A stretch of DNA of 64,000 bases from a candidate division FCPU426 bacterium (GTDB taxonomy: Bacteria > Oederibacteriota > Muellerivitia > Muellerivitales > Muellerivitaceae). Of this stretch, positions 10,018 to 19,746 are shown piece after piece; the first letter of the stretch is position 1, and the number at the start of each line of letters is the position of its first letter. The stretch is taken from the NCBI GenBank assembly GCA_963830915.1, contig CAWHOE010000057.1, positions 61,011 to 125,010 on the forward strand. The letters are read 5' to 3'. A program made the translations under genes and the position numbers. Below the pieces are notes generated by a model. It did not search any database. It saw only the letters and a list, made by a program, of their open reading frames with translations, and was not told the DNA's origin.

Positions 10018-11328
10018 ATGAATCAAAAACATATATCTCAACTAATCTTATGCCTAACCTTTTTCGGTCTTGTTCTTGGCTGTTCCCGCACCATTACAAA
10101 CCCGGATTCACCCAGACTGCCAGCCGTTGACACTCCAACGTTCACTCCAACTTCGTCTTTCACCAATACTCCTATCAACACCCCAACTTATACCCCGACC
10201 AAAACATGGACGCCACCATTCACCGCCACCTCAACCTTTACTTGGACAATGACCTCCACAAATACTTATATTCCGACCTCCACCTACACTCCTGTGAACA
10301 CCTCCACAAATACACCGCCTTCATATACAGCAACACCAACTTCTACAAATACTTTCACTTCCACTAAAACCAACACCTATTCGCCAACCACTACCTTCAC
10401 GTTTACCAATTCCATGACCTCCACTTCTACGATCACGCCGAGCAGTCCAACCCCGACACCCAGTCCTACCATGTCCTATACCCCCACGAACACCGCTACT
10501 TCCATCGCGACCGCTTTGGATACGGCCCCCGCGCTCAATCTAAGTTCCGGGGTCACGACACTGACCACGGGCATTTACTATTTCAGCTGTGTTCACATCA
10601 GCGCCGGGGCGGTGGTGACCATCTCAGGCGGGGTGACCATCATGACCGAATGTTTCACACTGGACGCAGGGGCTACGATCACGGGGCTTGGAAATGGCTA
10701 TCAATCAAACGGGAGTAATTATGGGCCGGGAGAAGGTACGGAAGTTTATTTCTTTTCTGATTGGCCCCTCAGCAGCGGTGCGGGACATGGTGGGGCAGGT
10801 GGGACCGATCACGACCTTAATTGTGTATTAGCTCCCGGAGGACCCGCGACCGATGACCCAATCCATCCAACACAGATGGGAAGCGCTTCGGTCGAGAATT
10901 GCACTGGAATAACAGCGGGTGGCGGCGGCGCATTGCTTCAAATCGTCGTCTATGATCCTATCGCCAATATCCTGACAGGACCGGCAACCATTAATGGAAC
11001 GATCGATATGAGCGCAAAAAGCGGTTCCTGTCCAATAGTAGAGGGCGCGGATGGTGGAGGAGCAGGAGGAACTATCCTTATTGAGGCCAACATTATTTCC
11101 GGAAATGGGTTTTTAATCGCGAACGGCGCTGGTTCTATGGGCACTTCCGGTGCCGGCGGAGGCGGAGGTATTATTTCGTTGATCGAAAATCAAACAACTT
11201 TTCCCGGGACCATTAGAGTTTTGGGAATGCCTGGATCGAGAAATGCAACCTCGGGATGTATTCCACCTTCAACCGATGGAGCCAATGGCATTGTGACCTT
11301 CACGGCGGCTCCCAGTAGCGGATATTAA
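10018..11328 (+). CDS. Glycine-rich-domain lipoprotein, paralogue 2
   Basis: VLGC lipobox, same architecture; 10468-10686 identical to 9148-9366. Confidence 0.85.
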   Translation: MNQKHISQLILCLTFFGLVLGCSRTITNPDSPRLPAVDTPTFTPTSSFTNTPINTPTYTPTKTWTPPFTATSTFTWTMTSTNTYIPTSTYTPVNTSTNTPPSYTATPTSTNTFTSTKTNTYSPTTTFTFTNSMTSTSTITPSSPTPTPSPTMSYTPTNTATSIATALDTAPALNLSSGVTTLTTGIYYFSCVHISAGAVVTISGGVTIMTECFTLDAGATITGLGNGYQSNGSNYGPGEGTEVYFFSDWPLSSGAGHGGAGGTDHDLNCVLAPGGPATDDPIHPTQMGSASVENCTGITAGGGGALLQIVVYDPIANILTGPATINGTIDMSAKSGSCPIVEGADGGGAGGTILIEANIISGNGFLIANGAGSMGTSGAGGGGGIISLIENQTTFPGTIRVLGMPGSRNATSGCIPPSTDGANGIVTFTAAPSSGY

Positions 11329-11340
11329 AGAGGCTCTCGA

Positions 11341-12489
11341 ATGAATCAAAAACATATATCTCAACTGGTCCTATTCCTGGTCCTTTACGGTCTGATTTTC
11401 GGCTGTTCCAGAATTCCTACCCCCATTACACCGAAACTACCGACCATCGATACTCCTACCTTCACTCCCACAATGACTTTCACCAATACTCCTATCAACA
11501 CCTCGACTGGTTCACCAACACCAACTGCTACCCAAACCTATACAAAAACAACAACCTCCACCAATACCATGACCTCCACTTCGACGATCACGCCGAGCAG
11601 TCCCACCGCTACACCCAGTCCTACCATGTCCTATACCCCCGCGAACACCGCTACTTCTATCGCGACTGCTTTGGATACGGCCCCCGCTTTCAATTTAAGC
11701 TCCGGCGTCACAACTCTGACCACGGGCATTTACTATTTCAGTTGTGTGCACATTAGCGCGGGGGCGGTGGTGACTATCGCTGGATCTGTAACCATCATAA
11801 CCGAATGTTTCACCCTGGACGCGGGGACGACGATCACGGGAGTAGGGGAAGGATATTCACCCCCGGGTGCGATATGTCCTTCTTCTACTTATGGTGGCGG
11901 ACCAGGCACAGGCGGGGACGCTGGCAATGGTTTTTGCGGAGCTTTATGTGACGGTGGTGGCCATGGGGGCAAGGGGGGATATTTCTGTTTTTACGATGTT
12001 GGCGATGCCGTCTCATGTTGCACCAATCCTGGAGGTGCCGCGAATGACGACCCCATCCATCCATCACAGATGGGAAGCGCTGGTGGATGGCCTATGGACG
12101 CAACGTCATCTTGCACACAGGGCGAGGATTACGGCGGCGGTCTATTACAAGTGGTCGTTTACAACCCAACCACTAACAATCTCCAGCCAGCCACCATTAA
12201 CGGAACCATCGATATGAGCGGTTCAAACACGATCGTTTTTGGGATGGATATGGAACCGGGGGGCGCAGGGGCAGGGGGAACCATCTTAGTGGAAGCAAGC
12301 ACTACAACCGGTTCAGGAACTCTTATGGCCAATGGCGGGAATGGCGGAGGAGCAGGAGGCGGCGGCGGGATCATCTCGATGATCTGCGACACAACCTCTT
12401 TCACTGGCACAACATCGGTAAATGGAGGGGCTAACAACGCCCAAAATGGCATCGTCAGCAAGACCGCCCCACCATCCAGCGGGTATTAA
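11341..12489 (+). CDS. Glycine-rich-domain lipoprotein, paralogue 3
   Basis: IFGC lipobox, same core, Cys-rich variable loops. Confidence 0.85.
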   Translation: MNQKHISQLVLFLVLYGLIFGCSRIPTPITPKLPTIDTPTFTPTMTFTNTPINTSTGSPTPTATQTYTKTTTSTNTMTSTSTITPSSPTATPSPTMSYTPANTATSIATALDTAPAFNLSSGVTTLTTGIYYFSCVHISAGAVVTIAGSVTIITECFTLDAGTTITGVGEGYSPPGAICPSSTYGGGPGTGGDAGNGFCGALCDGGGHGGKGGYFCFYDVGDAVSCCTNPGGAANDDPIHPSQMGSAGGWPMDATSSCTQGEDYGGGLLQVVVYNPTTNNLQPATINGTIDMSGSNTIVFGMDMEPGGAGAGGTILVEASTTTGSGTLMANGGNGGGAGGGGGIISMICDTTSFTGTTSVNGGANNAQNGIVSKTAPPSSGY

Positions 12490-12502
12490 AAGAGGCTCTC
12501 GT

Positions 12503-13648
12503 ATGAATCAAAAACTTTTATCTCAACTGGTCCTATTCCTGGTCCTTTACGTTCTGGTTTTCGGCTGTTCCAGAATTCCTACCCCCATTACACCGAAACT
12601 ACCGACCATCGATACTCCTACCTTCACCCCAACTTTGTCTTTCACCAATACTCCTATCAACACCTCGACTGGTTCACCAACACCAACTGCTACCCAAACC
12701 TATACAAAAACAACAACCTCCACCAATACCATGACCTCCACTTCGACGATCACGCCGAGCAGTCCCACCGCTACACCCAGTCCGACCTTATCCTTTACCC
12801 CCGCGAACACCGCTACTTCTATCGCGACTGCTTTGGATACAGCGCCCGCTTTCAATTTAAGTTCCGGGGTCACAACGCTGACCACGGGCATTTATTATTT
12901 CAGCTGTGTACATATCAGCGCGGGGGCGGTGGTGACCATCTCAGGCGGGGTGACCATCATGACCGAATGTTTCACCCTGGACGCGGGGGCAACGATCACG
13001 GGCGTTGGGCAAGGCTTTGCGCCAAGTGGAGCATTTTGTCCACCGTCATCCTATGTCGGCGGTCCTGGTGCTGGATGGGATAACGGCAATGGAACTTGTG
13101 GCGCCTTATGCGATGGCGGTGGTCATGGAGGAACGGGTGGATTTGTATGTTATTACGACTCAAGCGCTGGATGCACATGTTGTACTTTTCCAGGAGGTCC
13201 CGCCAACGACGATCCCATCCATCCGGCTTTTATGGGAAGCGCTGGGGGTTGGCCTAGGGACGCCTCGACTTTGTGCGCGCCGCCTGATGATTACGGTGGC
13301 GGTCTATTCCAAGTAGTCGTTTACAACCCAACCACTAACAATCTCCAACCAGCCACCATCAACGGAACCATCGATATGAGCGGTTCAAACACGATCGTTT
13401 TTGGGATGGATATGGAACCGGGAGGAGAGGGTGCGGGTGGGACTATTTTGGTAGAAGCGAGTTCACTGATCGGAACAGGTTTTTTGGCGGCCAAAGGCGG
13501 GCAAGGCGGTGGGGTTGGAGGAGGAGGCGGGATCATATCCTTGATCACTGATTCATCCACCTTCACAGGGACCATCTCGGTGATAGGGGGAGGGGCCGGC
13601 CAAATTGGCATCGTCAGCAAGACCGCCCCACCATCCAGCGGGTATTAA
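12503..13648 (+). CDS. Glycine-rich-domain lipoprotein, paralogue 4
   Basis: Start set to ATG 12503 from the repeated junction AGAGGCTCTCGTATGAATCAAAAAC; near-identical N-terminus to paralogue 3. Confidence 0.85.
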   Translation: MNQKLLSQLVLFLVLYVLVFGCSRIPTPITPKLPTIDTPTFTPTLSFTNTPINTSTGSPTPTATQTYTKTTTSTNTMTSTSTITPSSPTATPSPTLSFTPANTATSIATALDTAPAFNLSSGVTTLTTGIYYFSCVHISAGAVVTISGGVTIMTECFTLDAGATITGVGQGFAPSGAFCPPSSYVGGPGAGWDNGNGTCGALCDGGGHGGTGGFVCYYDSSAGCTCCTFPGGPANDDPIHPAFMGSAGGWPRDASTLCAPPDDYGGGLFQVVVYNPTTNNLQPATINGTIDMSGSNTIVFGMDMEPGGEGAGGTILVEASSLIGTGFLAAKGGQGGGVGGGGGIISLITDSSTFTGTISVIGGGAGQIGIVSKTAPPSSGY

Positions 13649-13760
13649 AAGGGACTCAAAAATTGAAAGGGAACAATGCTGGTTCCTCTTTAGTGAATAA
13701 CCGAACCTTTGATCCGATCATCCAATTAAACAAAGGCAGTTCGCCACATTACTTTACCTT

Positions 13761-13796
13761 GAAATAAATCCCCCTTTTGAAGTCATTTAGATAGGG
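13761..13796 (+). promoter_or_regulatory. Island motif copy 5
   Basis: GAAATAAA (13761)-N13-GTCATTT (13782)-AGATAGGG. Confidence 0.6.
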
Positions 13797-13930
13797 AACT
13801 GGCCAACACGTCCGGCCTTGAAAGGGCCGGCCATCCACAAAGTACTATAATTACATTAATTATCTAGATTATATTGATGGGGCGCTCATCCAGGTAACGG
13901 TCGAGTATTCATGGTTCGGGGGAAAACTGA

Positions 13931-15214
13931 GTGAAGTCAAAAGCGATATTTCAACTGGCCTTGTTCGTTTTTATGGGCGTGATGGGCCTAACCGGTCTAT
14001 CCCTGATCGGGATGGGCTGTAGCGGAAGCCCCACGACCGGACCAGCGCCAGCGACAGCCACCAACACCGCCACCCCGGCAACCAGTCAAACCATCACCTA
14101 TACGCCTACCCCCAATAAAACCGTGATCAGCGAGTTCTTCATCGCCACGCCTGGCGTTTCCAATCTTTTTCCCGCCCCAGGTTCCAGCCTTTCCATCACG
14201 GTCCTCTACAACGAAACCGAAACCTATACCACGCCTTATTTCATCGTGGGTATCACCCCCGCCACCAACACTACTTTGATCTGCCCCGCCACCGATCAAT
14301 ATCTTTTAGTGGATTCCACATCCGCTTCCCCCGGGAAAAACCTGATGACGTCCACCACCCAGGATACGACCGACCCAGGTTACGGATGGCCCGGCGTTGG
14401 AACCTATGGCACACCGACCAATCCCTATATCCAGGTCTGGAATGTCACCCTACCCTCGTCTTTACCCGTTGGCAGTTACAACATCGTGGTCGAGGAAAAC
14501 GGCTTCGCGGTTGGATGTAGTACCGGATATGGAAACTTCGTGCCCAATACCCATATCGCCATTACGGTTTCTTATCCGACTTTCACACCTACGAATACCT
14601 CCACCGCCACCAGTACATCCACCGCCACCGAAACACCCACGGCCACGAACACTTCCACGTTCACGCCCACCCCATCGGCGACCGCAACCACGCCTTTGAC
14701 CAATACCCCCACCCCGTCCCTGACGTCTACGCCCACCATGACAGCCACCATACCCACGGGTATTTTTAGCGGCACGCCTGGCATTTCTAACCTGACCCCC
14801 GCCGCCGGTTCCACCCTTTCCGTAACGGTCATCTATAACGAACCGGGGATCAACGACACCCCATATTTCATCGTGGGGATCACACCGGCTGCCAACACTG
14901 CTTTGATTTGTTCCGCGACTAACCAATACCTATTGGTGGATTCGACCTCCGGTTCCAACTCGACAAGCCCCGCGACCTCCACGACCCAGGACTTGACGGA
15001 CGCCGGCACAGGATGGCCCGGTCAAGTCGTTGGCGGGACCAGTAATAACCCCTATACCCAGATATGGACCGTCACCATTCCTTCGACTTTACCCTCGGGC
15101 AGTTACAACATAGTCGTGGCGGAAAATGACAATGGGGTAACCGACTGTCCTTCGGGGGCCACGGCCGGGGAAGGCGCGACTTCCTCGACATTTACGGCCA
15201 TCACCATCCCTTGA
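13931..15214 (+). CDS. Lipoprotein with two copies of an unassigned ~140-aa beta-rich domain
   Basis: GMGC lipobox; duplicated TPG.SNL.PA.GS.LS.TV.YNE...PYFIVGITPA...YLLVDST...GWPG...GSYNIVV separated by a Thr/Pro linker. Confidence 0.8.
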   Translation: MKSKAIFQLALFVFMGVMGLTGLSLIGMGCSGSPTTGPAPATATNTATPATSQTITYTPTPNKTVISEFFIATPGVSNLFPAPGSSLSITVLYNETETYTTPYFIVGITPATNTTLICPATDQYLLVDSTSASPGKNLMTSTTQDTTDPGYGWPGVGTYGTPTNPYIQVWNVTLPSSLPVGSYNIVVEENGFAVGCSTGYGNFVPNTHIAITVSYPTFTPTNTSTATSTSTATETPTATNTSTFTPTPSATATTPLTNTPTPSLTSTPTMTATIPTGIFSGTPGISNLTPAAGSTLSVTVIYNEPGINDTPYFIVGITPAANTALICSATNQYLLVDSTSGSNSTSPATSTTQDLTDAGTGWPGQVVGGTSNNPYTQIWTVTIPSTLPSGSYNIVVAENDNGVTDCPSGATAGEGATSSTFTAITIP

Positions 15215-15243
15215 GATTCGCCGCCTGAAAGTCTTTTCTCGTG

Positions 15244-15316
15244 AAACCAAGTCAATTAACACCAGCCAAACTTTTCCACGGAATAAATCGGCCTATTTGA
15301 AGTCTTATAAGTAGGG
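15244..15316 (+). promoter_or_regulatory. Island motif copy 6
   Basis: AAACCAAGTCAATTAACACCAGCC..TTTTCCAC-GGAATAAA (15280)-N14-GTCTTAT (15302)-AAGTAGGG. Confidence 0.7.
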
Positions 15317-15464
15317 GGGAACGGCTTTGTCTAAAATCATCGAGGGAGATATTGGGTTAAAATGATTTTAAAGGTGGAACCCATTACACCGAAGCAATGG
15401 GGTAGGAATAAGTCTTAAAATTGGATAAATAGTTCAAAACTAGATTTATAAATTGGAGGCATCT

Positions 15465-15983
15465 ATGCGTCGGTTATTTGTGATGTTATCTGCCGGTTCA
15501 TTGTTGCTGGTTCTGGTATTGGCTATCCCATTCTTGGGATGCAAATCGAATACACCCACGGTCGCCGCTCCGACCGCCACCCCCACGCCAGGCTCGCCCT
15601 ACACGGGCATCAGCCAAACCAACATCACCTCCATGACGATCATCGGGACACCCAATCCGGGTGATTGGATACCTACCAGTGAATTTTTAGCGGCCTCCGT
15701 ATACCCCAATCCAAGTACGCCTGGGACGATTGACGTAGGCGTCAATCTTTCCGCCACAATGAACGTAAGGGTCCAGGTCTATGAAAATCCTTCGACCAAA
15801 ATGTCCGATGAAACCTTTTCCGCTATTCCCGCGGGAATAACTGGTTTGACCATTCAGACTCGCGATTCCTATGGAAACCCCTTAAAGACCAATTACATCT
15901 ATCGGTGCGTGGTTATTGGAACGACCACCCAGATCTCGGGAAATTTCATCATCTGCAACTCTGGCGGCCCCTGTAACTATTGA
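15465..15983 (+). CDS. Small lipoprotein with FlgD/CTD-like Ig domain
   Basis: GGAGG SD, FLGC lipobox, PTATPTP, SVYPNP...VRVQVY...D..GNPL...YIY. Confidence 0.7.
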   Translation: MRRLFVMLSAGSLLLVLVLAIPFLGCKSNTPTVAAPTATPTPGSPYTGISQTNITSMTIIGTPNPGDWIPTSEFLAASVYPNPSTPGTIDVGVNLSATMNVRVQVYENPSTKMSDETFSAIPAGITGLTIQTRDSYGNPLKTNYIYRCVVIGTTTQISGNFIICNSGGPCNY

Positions 15984-16255
15984 CCCATGGACGTTATCAA
16001 TTCGAGATATCGAAGAAGCATTTTTTTCTAAACACTTGATCAACTGATCCTTTGACCCTGGGCGGTTCCGTCACACTCTTGGTTTTCCATTACAAAAATT
16101 TTACATCGCGAAGAGCCTGATATTACTAGTTTTCCAAGCGTTAGAACCCATGGGGTTTTATCTCGTTGACGGCCCTTCGGCGGATAGTGTCAAATGATTA
16201 AGCAGCTGGGGAGCGGCGAATTTCCCATTCCAAGGGATACGCCAAGATCTATTGA

Positions 16256-18001
16256 ATGAGGCTCCCTTTGCGATATCTGCCGAACCGATTTTTCCTATAT
16301 ATAGGCGCTTTCTTGACAGTGGTCACCGCCATTTCCTGCGGAGGCGGGGGAAGCAATTCCGCTCCCACAGCCCCCTCCAATCCCACCAACACCTTCACCA
16401 TTACCCTGACGCCCGTCTTGACCAATACGCCCACCCTCACTTCCACACCGGTCAAAACGGCAACGGCTACAAGTACTTTTACGCCCACCGCTACCATTAC
16501 TCCGACCGATTCGATGACGCCTTGCATGACCGCGACCCAGACCAACACTTCGACATCCACGAATTCGATAACGCCTAGCGCGACAGCCTCCCAGACCCTT
16601 AGCTCAACATTGACATCAACTGGGACGGCGTACCTCACCGCCACACCCTCAACTACGCCCACTTTCACCCCTGTCAACACTAACCAAGCCACAAATACGG
16701 TCACTAGCACGACCACGGACACACCAGCTCCCACCAACACTTGCACCTTGACCCTCACGGCCACGGATTCACAGACTTACACCGCCACGAATACCCCGAC
16801 ATCCACTGGAACGGACTCTCCCACTTGCACCTCCACCTCATCGGGAACCAATTCGCCTACCGAGACCTTGACCGATACGCCGACGAATAGCTTCACCATC
16901 ACCCTCACGAATTCGCCGACAACCACCCCGACTACAACATCCACCGGCACCCCCACATTCACGTCCACCCCGACGATCAGCTTCACGCCGACCAATACGC
17001 AAACCCAAACCCTCACCAATACGGCTTGTACCGATGGGAATGGCAACACCTGCACCCCCACGGCCACACCTTGTACGGCGGTCACCATCCCCGACCCGAT
17101 CCTCCTCTCGGCCCTTCAATCGATCTTGAACATATCCTCAAGCCAACAGCCCACCCTCTGCGAACTGGCCACGATCACCAGCCTTGATCTTCAATCCTAT
17201 GGCATCACCAACCTGGAGGGCCTGGAATATTGCGTCAACATGACTTCACTCGTATTCGGAGGGAACTCGATCACCAATGTCGGACCTCTCGCGACCATGA
17301 CGAACCTGACTTATCTCGACCTGAGCTTCAACCAGATCACCGACATTTCACCCCTGTCCGGCCTGACCAAACTGACCTTCCTGAACTTGGGGGTCAACCA
17401 ATTCAGCGATATCTCGGCCTTGTCCAATATGGTGAAACTGCAGTACCTTTACCTGGGGTCGAATAAGATCAGCGATCTTTCCCCCCTGACTGGCCTGTCG
17501 ACCGCGCCCCTGGTCACCCTGGACCTGAGTGGAAACCCCCTCAGCGATTATTCAGCCTTGTCCGGGCTCAAGAACCTCAACTCTCTAGACTTGAACAACG
17601 CCCAGGTCAGCGATCTTTCCTTCTTGTCAAACCTGACCAATCTCACTGGTCTCCATTTGAGCGGCAACCAGATCGTCAACATCTCCCCCTTGGGCAGTTT
17701 GGGGAAGGTCGGTTATCTCGACCTGAGTTTCAATCAGATAAGCGACATCTCCACTTTGTCCGGCTTGACGAAACTTGTCTTTCTTTACATGGGCAACAAC
17801 CAGATCACCGATCTGACGGCTTTGGAGGAGAACACTGGTCTGGGGTATTTCGCCGCAAGCGTGAACGTGATCAATAATCCGTTGAGCTGTACGGCTATCA
17901 ATATTGAGATACCGGAAATTCAATATGCCGGGGTTAGTGTGGCTTACACTTCAAACCCCACTTGTACCACGCCTACCCCGACACCGGTTTCCACGCCATG
18001 A
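16256..18001 (+). CDS. Internalin-like leucine-rich-repeat lipoprotein with a long Thr-rich stalk
   Basis: AISC lipobox, ~240-aa Thr/Pro region, 22-aa LRRs L..L.L..NQI.D.S.L..L. Confidence 0.9.
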   Translation: MRLPLRYLPNRFFLYIGAFLTVVTAISCGGGGSNSAPTAPSNPTNTFTITLTPVLTNTPTLTSTPVKTATATSTFTPTATITPTDSMTPCMTATQTNTSTSTNSITPSATASQTLSSTLTSTGTAYLTATPSTTPTFTPVNTNQATNTVTSTTTDTPAPTNTCTLTLTATDSQTYTATNTPTSTGTDSPTCTSTSSGTNSPTETLTDTPTNSFTITLTNSPTTTPTTTSTGTPTFTSTPTISFTPTNTQTQTLTNTACTDGNGNTCTPTATPCTAVTIPDPILLSALQSILNISSSQQPTLCELATITSLDLQSYGITNLEGLEYCVNMTSLVFGGNSITNVGPLATMTNLTYLDLSFNQITDISPLSGLTKLTFLNLGVNQFSDISALSNMVKLQYLYLGSNKISDLSPLTGLSTAPLVTLDLSGNPLSDYSALSGLKNLNSLDLNNAQVSDLSFLSNLTNLTGLHLSGNQIVNISPLGSLGKVGYLDLSFNQISDISTLSGLTKLVFLYMGNNQITDLTALEENTGLGYFAASVNVINNPLSCTAINIEIPEIQYAGVSVAYTSNPTCTTPTPTPVSTP

Positions 18002-18072
18002 GGAACGCCCAGAGAGGGCTGAGAGAAAACGAAATGTCCCCCAAAGGGGAGTCCTTTAACAGGGAGGTAGTC

Positions 18073-18312
18073 ATGAAAAAGGCGGTCACATTAACGATGG
18101 TTTTGGTTTGGTCGGCGCTACTCGTCGGAACAGGCCTTGCCCAGACGGCGAACCCCACAATCACGGCCCATAAACAGATGATCGAAAAAATGGAGAGCCA
18201 ACGCCTGGCCCACAAAACCCGTCCTCGGGTGAGGAAGATGTCCGGAACAGTCGATAGATCGCTGAAACCACGGGCAACAGTCAGCCCTAAAGATCCGAAA
18301 AAAGGGAATTGA
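18073..18312 (+). CDS. Small basic secreted hypothetical protein
   Basis: GGAGG SD, signal peptide MKKAVTLTMVLVWSALLVGTGLA. Confidence 0.6.
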   Translation: MKKAVTLTMVLVWSALLVGTGLAQTANPTITAHKQMIEKMESQRLAHKTRPRVRKMSGTVDRSLKPRATVSPKDPKKGN

Positions 18313-18380
18313 GGCGGCTTTTTGACTCGGCAAAACTGGGATTGACCCCGGTTCATTCTTTTGACGGCCATTATCCCGCG

Positions 18381-18453
18381 AAAACCTGTTCTATTGGCGC
18401 CCGCCAACCTTTTCCACTGAATGAATCCTTCCTTTGAGTTCTTATTCGGCAGG
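18381..18453 (+). promoter_or_regulatory. Island motif copy 7 (degenerate)
   Basis: AAAACCTGTTCTATT..CCGCC..TTTTCCAC-TGAATGAA (18418)...TTCTTAT. Confidence 0.55.
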
Positions 18454-18528
18454 ACATGTCAGACGGACCCTTTTCATCCTTGTGTTATAATTCCTTCGTC
18501 GTAGAACCCATCCCCAATCGGAGACAAT

Positions 18529-19545
18529 TTGAACCTTCGTATCCAGCTTTCTATCCTCGTTATCCTCCCCTTAGCTTTGATCCCTTTGGCATGCAGTAAA
18601 ACCTACTCTCTTCCTCCTTTGGCCGCTGTTTCCAACCCGACCCCAACCCCCATCCCTGGCGCCGGAGTAAGTTGGACCGAGGCTTCCACTACCGCTCCTA
18701 CAGGTTATCGGGAAGGTCAAAGTACCGTGGTTTATAACAATGAAATGTGGTTGATCGGCGGATTCACGGGTTCAGAAATGAATGATGTTTGGAATTCCAC
18801 GAACGGCATCACCTGGAACGAGGCGACAGCCGCCGCGGCTTTCAGCGGGAGGGAGCGGCATGATTCGGTGGTTTTCAACGGCGCCATGTGGGTGGTGGGA
18901 GGCGGTCTCTACAACGGCAGCAACTGGGTTTGCGATTCGGATGTTTGGTCCTCGACGGATGGCATCACCTGGAACGAGGCAACAGCCGCCGCGGGCTTCA
19001 ACACCAGGATGGAATTCGGCCTGGTCGTTTTCAAGAACGCCATGTGGTTGATCGGCGGTTACGACGGGACCAATGTTTATGACGACGTATGGACATCCAA
19101 CAATGGGACTTCCTGGACCCATGTGACCAACGGCCCCTTCGGCTATCGGACCAATTTGACCGCCCTGGTATTCAACAACCTGATGTGGGTCATTGGAGGG
19201 AACTACAACGGCACCAACTATACCGATGTCTGGAGTTCGCCCGACGGGACCAATTGGACCGAGGCGACCGCCAGCGCGGGTTTCAACGGCCGAGGGTATC
19301 AAACTTCCGTGGTCTTCAACAACGAAATGTGGGTCATCGCCGGAGCCTATTACAACGGCACTAGCTGGAGTTTTCTTTCCGATGTTTGGGCTTCCCCGAA
19401 CGGGACCAACTGGACTCAAACGGACGCTTCCGGGCCTTTCGGCCCCTTGGGCAACCATTCTTCCGTGGTGTACAACAACGAAATGTGGGTCATCGACGGT
19501 CAGAATGGCACCAACTCCACCAACCAGATCTGGCACTCGCCCTGA
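18529..19545 (+). CDS. Kelch-like beta-propeller lipoprotein
   Basis: IPLAC lipobox; six SVVFNN.MWVIGG...DVWSS.DG..W.EAT repeats. Confidence 0.85.
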   Translation: MNLRIQLSILVILPLALIPLACSKTYSLPPLAAVSNPTPTPIPGAGVSWTEASTTAPTGYREGQSTVVYNNEMWLIGGFTGSEMNDVWNSTNGITWNEATAAAAFSGRERHDSVVFNGAMWVVGGGLYNGSNWVCDSDVWSSTDGITWNEATAAAGFNTRMEFGLVVFKNAMWLIGGYDGTNVYDDVWTSNNGTSWTHVTNGPFGYRTNLTALVFNNLMWVIGGNYNGTNYTDVWSSPDGTNWTEATASAGFNGRGYQTSVVFNNEMWVIAGAYYNGTSWSFLSDVWASPNGTNWTQTDASGPFGPLGNHSSVVYNNEMWVIDGQNGTNSTNQIWHSP

Positions 19546-19567
19546 TAAAGCTTTCCAACTTTCCATC

Positions 19568-19604
19568 GGAATAAATCCAGCTTTTTGACGTCTTATAGGT
19601 ATGG
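19568..19604 (+). promoter_or_regulatory. Island motif copy 8
   Basis: GGAATAAA 19568-N14-GTCTTAT 19590-AGGTATGG. Confidence 0.7.
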
Positions 19605-19607
19605 CAA

Positions 19608-19645
19608 CCCTGAACCAGAGACTTCGTCACGGTTCAGGGCATGAC
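19608..19645. repeat. REP-like hairpin, same family as 1216
   Basis: CCCTGAACC-AGA-GAC-TTC-GTC-AC-GGTTCAGGG-CATGAC. Confidence 0.7.
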
Positions 19646-19746
19646 GCTTTGGGCAAACCCTTGAAGGTGGAAATTGGGTTAAAATATTGTCCTAGGTGAA
19701 ACACAGCTTCATTAGTAAGGCTAAAAAAACTCCTAAAGGAGAAATT

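Noticed and set aside
8842..13648. Diversity-generating retroelement acting on the paralogues
   Set aside because: No reverse transcriptase in the window, and the differences include indels and all base types rather than adenine-specific changes.
2350..17119. Val/Gly-rich minus-strand ORFs (e.g. 2350..2745, 16249..16764)
   Set aside because: Antisense shadows of Thr/Pro linker codons.
19651..19685. c-di-GMP-I riboswitch (GGGCAAACCC)
   Set aside because: Lacks the following GACGCAAAG and second stem; only a short word matches.
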